Positions 1-10,674 of a DNA stretch of 64,000 nucleotides are shown piece by piece; position 1 is the first letter of the stretch; every line of letters begins with the position of its first letter. Origin of the DNA: Pseudomonadota bacterium (lineage in GTDB: Bacteria; Bdellovibrionota_F; JAHFAK01; JBDREC01). The translations under genes were made by a program, and so were the position numbers. The DNA lies in contig JBDREC010000001.1 of assembly GCA_043820105.1 (NCBI GenBank), positions 1-64,000 of the forward strand. The letters are read 5' to 3'. The notes beneath the pieces were generated by a model. That model saw only the letters and a list, made by a program, of their open reading frames with translations. It had not been told where the DNA came from and ran no database searches.

Positions 1-210
1 TATAAAAAACATTACAAAACCTCTTTTTCAAAAAGCTAATGCCCACACTCCTTATTCAAGCAATAAAAATATTTTATTATTAAAGGCTTATTGTATTCCC
101 ACTGTCATGCAATAAACCTTTATAATAAATATATTTTTATTGCTTTCATGCAGTCGTGTTCTGAGCATTTTTATGCTTTTTGAAAAAGAGGTTTTGTAAT
201 GTTTTTTATA
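1..210. repeat. Long nested inverted repeat (hairpin; may extend past the window start)
   Basis: 1-36 is the exact reverse complement of 175-210; inner imperfect arms at ~60-96 and ~108-143. Confidence 0.9.
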
Positions 211-509
211 CCAATTTATTAAGAGCAGTTCTTAACTTAGTCCATATTGTATTAAGCTTATTTATATCTTTTTATTTAGAAACAGTGGCAGATAAAAGAG
301 ATCTGTTAAAACTTTTAGCTTAGGTATGCAATTTGGAGATGACCCTAATATATCTTATTTAACAAATTGTTTCCCATTTTATAATTTTTCATTTATCGGA
401 GCAAGTTCTAGTTCTTTTAAACCAATAGATTGTAATTAATATTCTGGTAATTAGTAACAAAATTTAGTATAAAATTCATTAACATGTTTTTTTAATAAAA
501 GGATTTATT

Positions 510-1019
510 ATGGCAGATGAATGTGATGAATTACTCAAGCAATGCACTGATGATGAAAAAAATACTGAGAATAATCTCACTCAGAGTGATGATTCCAACG
601 GCTTTGTTTTGAAAGTTAAGGGCCATGTGATAAAATCAGTTGAAGAACTTCCCATTTATCCAATTATTAGACAAGTAGTAAATTGCAGTTATGAAATTTC
701 ACGGCGACCTACTTTTGTAAAGGATACTATTTTGGTTGAAGACGTTCGAAGGGTTTCCATTAAGATGCTGGGTTCTTTAGTTTCTGGTTTTGATATGGGA
801 TCAAAGGAATTTTTAATTGATCACCTTCTTATTGTTAAAGGTTTTTGTGGGGAATTAAAAGCTTATTACACTCTTGCTTTTGATCAGCGTTACATTGATG
901 ATGGAATGTATCTTGACATGCTTGAAAAATGCAAAAAAATCACCCAATATGCAGATAAAATTATATTATGTTTAAAGGGCAATAAGATTAAACAGATGAT
1001 GAATAAAAAAATTGGTTAA
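510..1019 (+). CDS. Divergent four-helix-bundle protein (23S rRNA IVS protein family)
   Basis: IKSVEELPIY...DVRRVSIKMLGSLVSGFDMGSKEFLIDHLLIVKGFCGELKAYYTLAFDQRYID follows the family pattern (FEDL.VW...QIRRAA.SI.SNIAEG..R.S.KEF...L.IA.GS..E....L..A.D.GYI). Confidence 0.7.
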   Translation: MADECDELLKQCTDDEKNTENNLTQSDDSNGFVLKVKGHVIKSVEELPIYPIIRQVVNCSYEISRRPTFVKDTILVEDVRRVSIKMLGSLVSGFDMGSKEFLIDHLLIVKGFCGELKAYYTLAFDQRYIDDGMYLDMLEKCKKITQYADKIILCLKGNKIKQMMNKKIG

Positions 1020-1078
1020 TTATTTGCTTTATTAGTTTTGCAGCTTTATCAATGTTTCCATTATAAATTTCAGCTTTA

Positions 1079-1450
1079 GTGGAAGCCTATAAAAAAGATG
1101 ATTATGCTTTAGCTATGGAGACTTTGAAAAGTCTTGGAATAAAGATTAAGGAAAAGAAAAAACAAGAGGCCTTAAATGAATTTTTTATAAAATGGTGTAA
1201 CTGGTTCGCTCGGCTTGTTAAAGAAGAGTTTTTTGATTTTGCCAAAAATAAAGACTATATGATTGAGGGAATAAAACTAAGAACAAACTTTTTTAGATTT
1301 GTAAGTGAGGTTAACAATACTTTTATTTTCTACGAAAGAGCCTTTCACGGTTTGTATAGAATTTTACATAAGCTAGCCCAAGTTGGGCAACTTGGGTTAA
1401 CACTCAACATTGGACCTTATGCTGGGATACATGGTGATGATTGGGATTAA
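1079..1450 (+). CDS. Hypothetical protein, possibly a 5'-degraded gene
   Basis: 123-aa ORF with GTG start; in-frame upstream sequence reads like a signal peptide (KNWLIICFISFAALSMFPL) interrupted by TAA at 1064-1066. Confidence 0.4.
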   Translation: MEAYKKDDYALAMETLKSLGIKIKEKKKQEALNEFFIKWCNWFARLVKEEFFDFAKNKDYMIEGIKLRTNFFRFVSEVNNTFIFYERAFHGLYRILHKLAQVGQLGLTLNIGPYAGIHGDDWD

Positions 1451-1479
1451 GATTAAGATTAGGCTTAAGATAAAGATAA
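1445..1479. repeat. Hexamer tandem repeat (GATTAA-like)
   Basis: gattaa gattaa gattag gcttaa gataaa gataa. Confidence 0.7.
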
Positions 1480-1532
1480 TACTTTTGGCCTGCATATTGC
1501 AAGATTAAGCCCTTGCTCTGTGTAGGTAATAA

Positions 1533-3566
1533 TTATTTAACGCTATCAAAAAGATCTAGCGTTTCAGTTTCTCCAAAAGATCCTGTCGCTGATCTTGTAA
1601 AATCTTCATATAACCAATTATGAATACTAAAAGTATTTGGATCCCACATTAATATATCAACATCAGAGTCTCCGTCATAATCGGCAAGTGTTGCTATCTC
1701 GAAGTCAGCTGCATTTGCATATTCAATTGTATCTATATCATTCATTATTCTTGTACTTGAGTCTACGATTTGCCAAACTTGCATTTCCTGGCTTGTATTG
1801 TGTCTAAAAAGCATATCGTAATTTCCATCTGAGTCGAAATCACCCACTCCGCTTAGTTCCCAGTCCATAGAAAGGGTTCCGTAAAGTCCTTTGCCTGTAA
1901 TAGTAAATCCTGCCATATACCAGACATGAATTTCTCCATGGTTTAGTGGTTTATCTGGATTGTAGGAGGTTCTGCGGGCAACAAGATCAGTCCTGCCGTT
2001 GCCATTGAAATCACCCATTTCAACTAATTCAGTGTCTGATTCAACTGCAGGACTTACAGAATTTTTATATGTAACATCTCCAAGTCTTCTCCAGACAACA
2101 AAGGAAGAACTATCTGCATCAAAAAAGATAAGGTCAGTTAAGTCATCTGTATGGAACTCTCCAATTCCAAGAAGGCTTAAGTTGTCTTCAGGAATTCCAA
2201 ATTCATAGGTTTCTTGTAAATCAGCTCCATTGAGAATCCACACATCAAGCATTTTAGTGCTGGTATTCTGCCATAAAATATCTGCTTTATCATCAAAATC
2301 AAAATCTTCAATTGCTAATATTGTGTAATTTAGGTTTCTATTTTCAGTGAAATTTAATTCTGAATAAGTTATTCCTCCCATTTTCCAAATTTTCAATATT
2401 CCGGAGGTTTCATGACGCCAGAGCAGATCTGTTTTCGAATCTCCGTCAAAATCGCCATTTCCTATATATATATAATCAGGATCAGCCTGAAGATCGTTAG
2501 ATGCTGTGCTTTCGCTTATTTCAGTTCCATTCATCAAATGAATTCTAACAAGATTAGTGCTTGAATTTCTTATTAAAACATCAGATTTACCATCACCGTT
2601 AAAATCAAGTTGTTTATGAAATCCATTAAAAAGACTATTTGCTTCAGTAATTTCTACTGTTTCTTCGGCTGTTTCTGCTTCATCTTCGTTTGTATCGTTT
2701 TCACTTGTTTGCGAAGTATTGTTGCTACTTTGATTTTCAGATGTGTTTGCAGAAGTTTCATTAGAATCTTGCTCTTGTTCAGTTTCCTCTTCAGAAAAAT
2801 CAATTGTCCAACCAGATGGATTTACAGAAACAGAGCCATCTTCTTCGAAAATTAGATCTGCATTAATTCTGGCTGATACATTGGAACCTTCTGTGAGATT
2901 CTCTGCATCTAATCCCAAGGAAGTCCTATTTATCCTTAATCTGCTTACTCCATCAGCTGATAAAACTTCCCCAATGTTTAAATAAGAAATAGCATCTGTT
3001 GAAGTTTCCCTGATTGGTAAGTAAAGGGTTAGCATTGAAGCATCATTTGCTGTTTGAGAAAATTGCAGCGTATAATCGCCATTTTCATCAGTAATTTCAT
3101 TGTCATTGTCAATTATTTCATCAGCTGTTTTAATTGTATCTGAGGCAGTGCTATATTTGAAAAATTCACTTTCAGTTTCTAAAGATGCAGAAATAATTAC
3201 AATTAAATCATTGGAGTCTGTAATCTGGGCTTTTGTTTGGTCTAATTCAAGGGTTTTAAAGTAGCCTGAGGTATTGTTTTCAGGAAGTACGTCTTCTGCG
3301 TTTGTAACACCTGAGCGCGAGATAATGTCCTGTCTGGTTATAATATCGGATCGAATTAAAATGCTTTCAAGATCAACATTACCACTAAAATCAATATTTA
3401 TTGTAATTGTATCATATAAGGAATCTTCCTCGTTTTGCTTATCTGATTCATCTTGGAAATTAGTGGGTTTATTTTGGGTACTTGTACAAGCAAAAAAGAT
3501 AAATGTACAAACATATAAGCAAAAGACGTAACATGTTAATATGATTTGTTTATTTCCCATCCCCAA
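1533..3566 (-). CDS. Acidic lipoprotein with C-terminal FG-GAP/VCBS-type repeats (beta-propeller)
   Basis: Lipobox FFAC; repeats DFNGDGKSDVLIRN, GDFDGDSKTDLLWRH, GDFNGNGRTDLVAR, GDFDSDGNYDMLFRH. Confidence 0.85.
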   Translation of the reverse strand: MGMGNKQIILTCYVFCLYVCTFIFFACTSTQNKPTNFQDESDKQNEEDSLYDTITINIDFSGNVDLESILIRSDIITRQDIISRSGVTNAEDVLPENNTSGYFKTLELDQTKAQITDSNDLIVIISASLETESEFFKYSTASDTIKTADEIIDNDNEITDENGDYTLQFSQTANDASMLTLYLPIRETSTDAISYLNIGEVLSADGVSRLRINRTSLGLDAENLTEGSNVSARINADLIFEEDGSVSVNPSGWTIDFSEEETEQEQDSNETSANTSENQSSNNTSQTSENDTNEDEAETAEETVEITEANSLFNGFHKQLDFNGDGKSDVLIRNSSTNLVRIHLMNGTEISESTASNDLQADPDYIYIGNGDFDGDSKTDLLWRHETSGILKIWKMGGITYSELNFTENRNLNYTILAIEDFDFDDKADILWQNTSTKMLDVWILNGADLQETYEFGIPEDNLSLLGIGEFHTDDLTDLIFFDADSSSFVVWRRLGDVTYKNSVSPAVESDTELVEMGDFNGNGRTDLVARRTSYNPDKPLNHGEIHVWYMAGFTITGKGLYGTLSMDWELSGVGDFDSDGNYDMLFRHNTSQEMQVWQIVDSSTRIMNDIDTIEYANAADFEIATLADYDGDSDVDILMWDPNTFSIHNWLYEDFTRSATGSFGETETLDLFDSVK

Positions 3567-3782
3567 CCCCTTTAAAAACTAATAAATTATATCATAATAT
3601 TGATATATTTACAATGGATATTATGCTGTAATCTTGCAAAGCAATGTATTTAAATGATTATTTCCTTTTTTGACAAAAAACATGCTTCTGTCTTGACCAA
3701 AATTTATTATGTCTATATACTTTTTTGATATAAATCCCGGTTTGTTAACTGAAAAATTTTTAAGGAAAAATACGAGGAATAT

Positions 3783-5978
3783 ATGTCTCCAATTTCACTC
3801 AAAACAGTTATTAAAAGAAATAATTCAAAACAAAATTTTAAAAAAGATAAACTTGAAAATGCGATATGGACAGCTGCTAGAAATGTTGGTGGAAAAGATC
3901 AGGAGCTTGCAAAGAAGCTAACAGAAACTGTTTGCGAATATTTGGCTAAAATCTATCCGCACAATAAAGAATTAACGTCTTCTGATATTGGTTCAGCTGT
4001 TGAAAAAATACTTGTTGAACAAGGTCACTATAAGACAGTTAAAGAATTTATTTTATCCCGTGAGCATAAAAGACAAGTCTATATTAGAAAACATCAGCTT
4101 GGAGTTAAGGATGATATAGGAACTTTAGATTACAATGCTTTATTTATTCTAAAAAAACGTTATTTAATGAGAGATGAAAATGGCAAGACCATTGAAACAC
4201 CAAAGGGAATGCTGAAAAGAGTTGCTAAGTTTATAGCAAAGGCAGAAAAGAATGCTGCCCTAAGAAAGAAGTGGGAAAAAGAATTTTTTGCAATTATGGA
4301 TAACTGGGAATTCTTGCCTGGCACCAGGGTTTTAGCTAATGCTGGAGGCAAAAACCCCCAAATGGCGAATTGTTTTGTTTTTGAAATAGATGATTCAATT
4401 GAATCAATTTTCAAAACTCTTTATGAATCAAGTTTAACAAAAAAATATGGCGGTGGTTGTGGATATAACTTTTCAAGGTTAAGGCCAAAAGGCGATAGAG
4501 TTGGTAAAGATGCAGGACTAGCAGCTGGCCCTGTTGACATTATGCAAATGTTTGACACTCCAACAAGCATCTTCAGGCAGCAGGGACGCTATGAAAGCGG
4601 TAATATGGCCGTTTTAAATGTTGATCATCCAGATATTTTAGAATTTATCGCAGCCAAAAATGACGATGGAATTTTGCCAAAAACAAATATTTCAGTTGGA
4701 ATTAGTGATGCCTTTATGGAAGCTGTTAAAAAGGATACCAAGTGGGATCTGATTAATCCAAGAACAAGGGAAGTTGTTAATTCTATTAATGCTAAAGCGA
4801 TCTTTGAACTTATTGCAAATTATGCACATAGAACAGGTGATCCTGGTATTTTATTTTTAAATAGAATTAATGAAGATAATCCTGTCTTAAAACTTTTAGG
4901 TCCAATTACTGCCACAAACCCATGCGGTGAAGAACCTTTATTTCCATATGAATCATGCAACCTGGGTTATTTAAACTTACAATCCTATATTAGGATTAAT
5001 AGTAAAGGAAAGGCGGAATATGATTTTAAGCGCCTTGCTGAAGTTTGTCAGGTGGCAACAAGGTTCATGGATGATGTTATAGACGTTTCCTGGTATCCTG
5101 TTGATATGCAAACAGAAACTATTAAAAATCGTTTCAGAAGAATAGGAGTTGGAATTTGTGGATGGGCAGATGTTTTGGTTGATATGGGTTTATCTTATGA
5201 TGATTCCGAAGCCTTTGTCCTTGCTGAAAAAATTATGAAAACTATCGGTGATTCCTGTCATAAGGCTTCAATGGATCTTGGAGTTGAAAAGGGTCCTTTT
5301 GGTTATGTTAAATATTCTTCCTGGGCAAATTCAAAAACCAAACCAAGAAATATTGCAACAAATACAATACCTCCAAGCTCAAGTAATGCTGTTATTTTCA
5401 ATACCTCTTTTGGTATTGAACCTTATTTTGCACTAGCCTTTCATCAAAATGTCTTAGGTGGTATGAGGATAGAAAATATTTGTTATAAGCTCGTAGAAGT
5501 ACTAAAAAGAGAAGGCATTGAGGTTGATAATTTATTTGAAAGAATTTTCGAAGCTCATGGCAGCATAAAAGATATTCAGGAAATACCAGCTAAGATTAAA
5601 AAACTTTTCCTAACAGCCCATGAAATTCATTGGCGCGATCACATTCGAATGCAATCAGCCTGGCAAAAGCATAATGATGGAGCTATTACCAAAACTATTA
5701 ACATGTCTTCAAGGGCTTCTGTTATTGATTTTGAAAGAGCATATTTTATGGCTTGGGAATCTGGGTGCAAGGGTATTACTCTATATCGCGATCAATCAAA
5801 AGCAGATCAGGTTATTGAGTTTGGAAAGAAAAATGAAGCCCCAGTTAAACCAAAGCACATAACAAGGCAAAAGAAGTTAAGAGCTGGAGATAAATGCCCT
5901 GAGTGTGATCATATCTTGGTTGCAAATGAGGGCTGTATTAAATGCATGAACTGTTCTTTTAGTTTGTGTGAATTATAG
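3783..5978 (+). CDS. nrdJ: Adenosylcobalamin-dependent (class II) ribonucleotide reductase with N-terminal ATP cone and C-terminal Zn ribbon
   Basis: VIKRN ATP cone; ANCFV, TNPCGE, SCNLG catalytic motifs; KTIN, GCKGITLYRD; C-terminal CPEC...EGCIKCMNC; no adjacent beta-subunit gene. Confidence 0.9.
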   Translation: MSPISLKTVIKRNNSKQNFKKDKLENAIWTAARNVGGKDQELAKKLTETVCEYLAKIYPHNKELTSSDIGSAVEKILVEQGHYKTVKEFILSREHKRQVYIRKHQLGVKDDIGTLDYNALFILKKRYLMRDENGKTIETPKGMLKRVAKFIAKAEKNAALRKKWEKEFFAIMDNWEFLPGTRVLANAGGKNPQMANCFVFEIDDSIESIFKTLYESSLTKKYGGGCGYNFSRLRPKGDRVGKDAGLAAGPVDIMQMFDTPTSIFRQQGRYESGNMAVLNVDHPDILEFIAAKNDDGILPKTNISVGISDAFMEAVKKDTKWDLINPRTREVVNSINAKAIFELIANYAHRTGDPGILFLNRINEDNPVLKLLGPITATNPCGEEPLFPYESCNLGYLNLQSYIRINSKGKAEYDFKRLAEVCQVATRFMDDVIDVSWYPVDMQTETIKNRFRRIGVGICGWADVLVDMGLSYDDSEAFVLAEKIMKTIGDSCHKASMDLGVEKGPFGYVKYSSWANSKTKPRNIATNTIPPSSSNAVIFNTSFGIEPYFALAFHQNVLGGMRIENICYKLVEVLKREGIEVDNLFERIFEAHGSIKDIQEIPAKIKKLFLTAHEIHWRDHIRMQSAWQKHNDGAITKTINMSSRASVIDFERAYFMAWESGCKGITLYRDQSKADQVIEFGKKNEAPVKPKHITRQKKLRAGDKCPECDHILVANEGCIKCMNCSFSLCEL

Positions 5979-7644
5979 TTTTCTTGCCGGACTTACGATT
6001 AAATAAAAATATTGTAATGAATAAAAAAATCGTAATTGTTGCTGAAAACCAGGTGTTATAAATAAAGCAGTAAATAACTTTATCTTCAATTATATATGCA
6101 ACTAACATTATTAAAAACAAAGACATTAGCATTATTTTTCCTTTTGTGCTTTCAATCCAATTAAAAAAGATAAGAGGTAGTCCCAAAAGACCTGCGTAAT
6201 AATACCGCACCGTACTGAATAAAAGGAAAAACAATGTAAAACCAAATAGGGTTATAAAGCTTACGTCATCCATATATCTTGAAATTTTTATCAGGTAAAT
6301 GATGAAAAACAATATGAATAAAAAATATACATGTTTCAACGAAAAATATAAATACAAGGGTTTTTTGAATTTATTTTGCCTTGGTTCATAATCAAGTTGT
6401 TTGGCTGATTTGTGAAATTCTTTTGGAAAAATGAAGTTATAAATAAATCCAATTCTTCCTGAGGCCATTCTTCCTGAGTTTATTTTCATTTGATGAACAA
6501 AACCGGTCCAATTTTCAAAGCCGCGCCCAACTGTAAGGCTTAGGCAAAAAAGAATAATAATAGTGAGCATTGTTGAGATTAAAAAACGCCTATATTTGCG
6601 AACAACTAATTTTTTTTCATGTATGATTTTATAAATATATTTAATGCAAATTCCAATGATAAAGAAGATTGGGAAAATTATTAACATGGTTGATAATGAG
6701 ATTAATATTCCAGCTAAGCTATATTTATTAAGTTTTAATAAAGAAATTCCAGCCACTAAAGCAGAAATCCAAAAATACCTTAAAAAGGCACCTCCAAGTA
6801 AATAGGAATCAGGTACATTGATCCAAAAGAAAATAATAAAAAGCAGTCCAATTTTCCAATCAAATGCATAAAGCACCAAAATAAACATTATTAGTACCAT
6901 GACAAGATTAAGTAAGCTTAACATGGTCATGTTGAAAAAGTTTACAGGCACAAGGTTTGAAAGAGTTGAGGCAAAGAAATTGTATACAGGCGTTCCGTTG
7001 TAACCATGATCAATAAACCTTCTTTGCCAACCTCTCTTTCCGTGCCAGGAATGATAAATTTTTATATCTTTTCTAAATTCATTCCATCTTTCTTTGCTAA
7101 ATACATTTTTGCAGAAAGTTTTTGCTTCATTATTTAAAAACTTTGAGGTTTTTTTAACTTGGTTTATTTTTAGGTTACGTACATATTTAGGAATATCTAA
7201 TTTTAATTCATCTAAAGCAATTAGCGAACAAATATAATGATTTTCATAGCCCAATTCAAAAAAATATTTTGGTCCTAAATAGTAATGAAAAGTATCACCT
7301 GCATCAAAGTATTTGTCTCGAGTTATACCATATCGATAGAGTGTAATAAAGGATGAAAAAATAGTTAATAAAATTAAACTTATAAATAATATTTTTTCAA
7401 ACCAAGCCCTTTTTATAAACAAAGATAGAAAAAGTAATAAGATTACCAGGGCTGAAACATATAACAGACAATCACTTAAATCACTTTTTGATATTTTATC
7501 GTCATTTATTTGATAATCATATATCTGTAAATGTCCAACACTTTGAATTGAACGATTTTGATTAGATTTGTTTGAAATTATTAAAATTAATGTGAGTAAA
7601 AATGTGATCAATAGAATTAATATGGGAATAGTTTTTTTGTTCAT
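5959..7644 (-). CDS. Polytopic membrane protein, probable GT-C fold glycosyltransferase (GT87-like)
   Basis: Many hydrophobic helices; loop motifs DTFHYYLGPKYF and DHGYNGTP; start moved to ATG 7644 (track gives 7743); overlaps the nrdJ 3' end by 20 bp. Confidence 0.55.
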   Translation of the reverse strand: MNKKTIPILILLITFLLTLILIISNKSNQNRSIQSVGHLQIYDYQINDDKISKSDLSDCLLYVSALVILLLFLSLFIKRAWFEKILFISLILLTIFSSFITLYRYGITRDKYFDAGDTFHYYLGPKYFFELGYENHYICSLIALDELKLDIPKYVRNLKINQVKKTSKFLNNEAKTFCKNVFSKERWNEFRKDIKIYHSWHGKRGWQRRFIDHGYNGTPVYNFFASTLSNLVPVNFFNMTMLSLLNLVMVLIMFILVLYAFDWKIGLLFIIFFWINVPDSYLLGGAFLRYFWISALVAGISLLKLNKYSLAGILISLSTMLIIFPIFFIIGICIKYIYKIIHEKKLVVRKYRRFLISTMLTIIILFCLSLTVGRGFENWTGFVHQMKINSGRMASGRIGFIYNFIFPKEFHKSAKQLDYEPRQNKFKKPLYLYFSLKHVYFLFILFFIIYLIKISRYMDDVSFITLFGFTLFFLLFSTVRYYYAGLLGLPLIFFNWIESTKGKIMLMSLFLIMLVAYIIEDKVIYCFIYNTWFSATITIFLFITIFLFNRKSGKKTIIHTN

Positions 7645-7823
7645 ATAAATAAATAATAATATTAAATTTAAAAATGTCAAAGAGGGCTTGATAGTTTTTA
7701 ATGCCATTAGAATGCCACTAATTTCCATTTGGCGCTCTAGCAAAAAATAGAAATAGTTGCTTTTTTAAAAAAATTCTTATAGTCATTTTTTTTAAACCAA
7801 ATATTTCAATTTTGGGGGTTAAA

Positions 7824-9152
7824 ATGGGAACGCCTTTTCAGCGTGGCCAGTGGACTGGCAAATTGGGTTTTATCTTAGCTGGCGCAGGTTCAGCCATTGG
7901 ACTTGGGAATATCTGGAAATTTCCTTATATGATAGGGGTTTCAGGTGGCGGGGCTTTTGTCTTTATTTATCTTTTAGCAATTCTATTGCTAGGTTTACCA
8001 ATTATCATGTCAGAATTCCTGATCGGAAAATCTACACAAAAAAATCCAGTGGGTGCATTCAAAATTCTTTCACCTAACAAACCATTTTGGCTAGTTGGAG
8101 CCTTTGGTGTTATTTGTGCCTGTATTATTATGAGTTTTTATAGTGTTGTTGCTGGATGGTCTTTACATTTTATTTATGAAGCTGTTTTAGGATTTTCAGG
8201 CGGTGATGGTGAGATTCAGGGAATTTTTGGAAAGCTTTATGAAAATGGACTTGCTAATTGTTTTTGGCATACAGTGTTCATGCTTTTTTGTGTTGGAATT
8301 GTTGTTGGTGGAATTAAAGACGGGCTTGAAAAATATAATAAAATATTAATGCCTGCCTTATTTCTAATTCTGATTTTGCTAATGATTTATTCTTTAATGA
8401 CTGAAGGGGCTATGAGGGCATTATCATTTCTATTTAAACCTGATTTTTCAAAAATTACTCCACAAGTTGTTCTTGATGCCTTGGGACAGGCTTTTTTTAC
8501 ATTGTCTTTAGGCGTTGGAACAATGATTACCTATGGAAGTTATTTGAAAAAAGAAACTCAAATTCCTTCCTGTTCATTCACAATAGTTGGTCTTGATACT
8601 GTGATCGCTATTATGGCAGGAATTGTTATTTTTCCAATAGTTTTTACTTTTGATATTGAGCCAAGCTCTGGCCCTGGTCTAATTTTTTCATCTCTACCTG
8701 TTTTATTTAGCAAAATTCCTTTTGGTTATTTTTTCTCAATTGCCTTTTTTGTTTTACTCTTTTTCGCTGCCCTTACCTCAGCTGTGTCTCTTTTGGAAGT
8801 GCCAGTTGCTTATTTAATTGATGAATGGAAAATTTCCAGAAGAAAAGCAACGATAGGAGTTGGTCTTGCCATTTATCTTTTAGGAATAGCATGTTCCTTT
8901 GATAATTTTGGAATATTTGGAATGAGCTTTTTTGAAATTTTTGATAAAGCAGCAACAAATGTTATAATGCCATTGGGTGGTTTAATGATCACAATTTTTG
9001 CAGGCTATTTTATTTCCCAAAAAGTTAAAGAAGAATATTTTCCAGATTCTTGGAAGCCTTTATTATTAAAGGTTTATGATGTTTTAATTAAAACAATTAC
9101 GCCTATTTTAATTCTTATTGTTTTAATTGCAAAGATTTATGAGTTGTTTTAA
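7824..9152 (+). CDS. Sodium-dependent transporter, neurotransmitter:sodium symporter (NSS/SNF) family
   Basis: RGQW...GFILAGAGSAIGLGNIWKFPY, GGGAF, GQAFFTLSLG, GPGLIF, AALTS motifs; ATG 7824 follows GGGGG. Confidence 0.95.
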   Translation: MGTPFQRGQWTGKLGFILAGAGSAIGLGNIWKFPYMIGVSGGGAFVFIYLLAILLLGLPIIMSEFLIGKSTQKNPVGAFKILSPNKPFWLVGAFGVICACIIMSFYSVVAGWSLHFIYEAVLGFSGGDGEIQGIFGKLYENGLANCFWHTVFMLFCVGIVVGGIKDGLEKYNKILMPALFLILILLMIYSLMTEGAMRALSFLFKPDFSKITPQVVLDALGQAFFTLSLGVGTMITYGSYLKKETQIPSCSFTIVGLDTVIAIMAGIVIFPIVFTFDIEPSSGPGLIFSSLPVLFSKIPFGYFFSIAFFVLLFFAALTSAVSLLEVPVAYLIDEWKISRRKATIGVGLAIYLLGIACSFDNFGIFGMSFFEIFDKAATNVIMPLGGLMITIFAGYFISQKVKEEYFPDSWKPLLLKVYDVLIKTITPILILIVLIAKIYELF

Positions 9153-9259
9153 TTAATATGATGTTATTAATAATTTTTTTTCAGTTGAGATATCCAGTTT
9201 GACTTTATTCTTACATTTGACTACTGTTTTTGTAGATTAATTTCTTGGAGACAATTTAA

Positions 9260-10417
9260 ATGAAAAGAGCAATTTTTATTTTTCTAAGCCTTTTGTTGTC
9301 ATCAATTTTATTTTCCTGTCTGGAAAGTGGTAGTAGTGATGATAGCTCAGGCGGGACAGATGTAAATAATACAGGTATTTCAGAGATCGCTGAGATTATT
9401 CAAAATGTTAGTGATAATATGTTGCCTGAGACTTTGCAATATGTTGAAGCCGCAATTCCTGGCGTGCTCAAAGGTTTTAAGAATTCTGGAGATAGTAATC
9501 CTTGTGCTGCTTTTACGGGGGATGATGGTTTGTTTGCTTGTCAGCCAATTCTTCTGCAGCTTTACTTGAGCATGGTTAGTGATTTTATTGATGTGCCAGT
9601 TAGTATCATTTCTGAAACAGAAGCAGAAGTTGACGCTGCCACAGACGGATCAACTGGAGAAGTTTCTTCAGTCAGTCTTCCTTATTTTGAGGGTACAATA
9701 GAAACAGATATTGTATTTGAAAAAACTGATAGCGAAAATATTGTATATAATATATATGCTGATAATACATATATTGCTTACTTAAGTGTTACTAATGGAG
9801 ATACATTTCAATTTATCCATTCCTCTAGTTTTCGTGATGAGACAATAGCATTTGAAGCTGATATAAGTTACACTGATGAAGATAATTTCGAAATTTCCAC
9901 AGTTTTATCTTCTCCAGATTGTAATGATAATGATGTTGCAGCTCCAGATACTATTCAGCTTATAAATACAATTACAAATGGTTTGTCTGTGGGCGCTGCG
10001 CATTTATATAGTGATCTTTGGCTGGGAGATGGTGGAGTGGAAAATACTTGTGACACAACTCCTTCTGACGATACAGCTGCTTCAATTGTAACTCGATTTG
10101 TTGGAAATGATACAGCAGCTAAAGGTGAACCCACGATTATGTTACAAACACAAACAACATTAAATGAAGATGACTTTTCAACATATGCTATGAATAATTT
10201 TGCAACAACATTTGGAATGTTTGATTATCCAATTGATCTTACTTCTTATGTAAATCCTTTTTGTATTGAATCAAGTGACATTGATACTGCTATTTGGGAT
10301 GATAACTGTGAGGATTATGATACAGATGTTTCTGGTGCAAGTTTTTCAAGTGCTGGTTTAATTGCCCCTAATACATTTAAAGATTATGAAGTAACATCTT
10401 TACCTTCTGCTATTTAA
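9260..10417 (+). CDS. Acidic lipoprotein of unknown function
   Basis: Signal peptide with lipobox LFSC, GGAG RBS, several paired Cys. Confidence 0.8.
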   Translation: MKRAIFIFLSLLLSSILFSCLESGSSDDSSGGTDVNNTGISEIAEIIQNVSDNMLPETLQYVEAAIPGVLKGFKNSGDSNPCAAFTGDDGLFACQPILLQLYLSMVSDFIDVPVSIISETEAEVDAATDGSTGEVSSVSLPYFEGTIETDIVFEKTDSENIVYNIYADNTYIAYLSVTNGDTFQFIHSSSFRDETIAFEADISYTDEDNFEISTVLSSPDCNDNDVAAPDTIQLINTITNGLSVGAAHLYSDLWLGDGGVENTCDTTPSDDTAASIVTRFVGNDTAAKGEPTIMLQTQTTLNEDDFSTYAMNNFATTFGMFDYPIDLTSYVNPFCIESSDIDTAIWDDNCEDYDTDVSGASFSSAGLIAPNTFKDYEVTSLPSAI

Positions 10418-10573
10418 ACTTTATAAGTAAAAAATATAAAATATAAAAACCTCAGCAAGGTCTCAATAATAGTCGCAGTACTAGTAAATTTTCCTTAGAG
10501 TTTAACAAAATGATTTATTGTCTCAATATTCTAAGTCTCTAAAATGAAATAAGAAATGTTCATGGTATTTCAT

Positions 10574-10588
10574 TGGCATTAAGCTTGC
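10574..10588 (+). promoter_or_regulatory. Putative sigma-54 promoter in a convergent intergenic gap
   Basis: TGGCAT-TAAGC-TTGC; degenerate upstream box TTTAACAAAATGA at 10501-10513, 70 bp upstream. Confidence 0.5.
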
Positions 10589-10674
10589 TCTTTATTTTAA
10601 TGTTACTGTGAAATTTATTTATTTCCCAAAGGGGTGTTCACTTGCACCATAAGGCATTTTGTTATGGAAACGGA

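Noticed and set aside
1486-1500. Sigma-54-like TGGCCT-GCATA-TTGC
   Set aside because: No upstream box and only ~30 bp before a convergent gene end; may be chance
3661-3752. Box-like TTCCTTTTTTGACAAAAAACA upstream of nrdJ
   Set aside because: No TGGCAC core at the expected distance; no convincing NrdR box either
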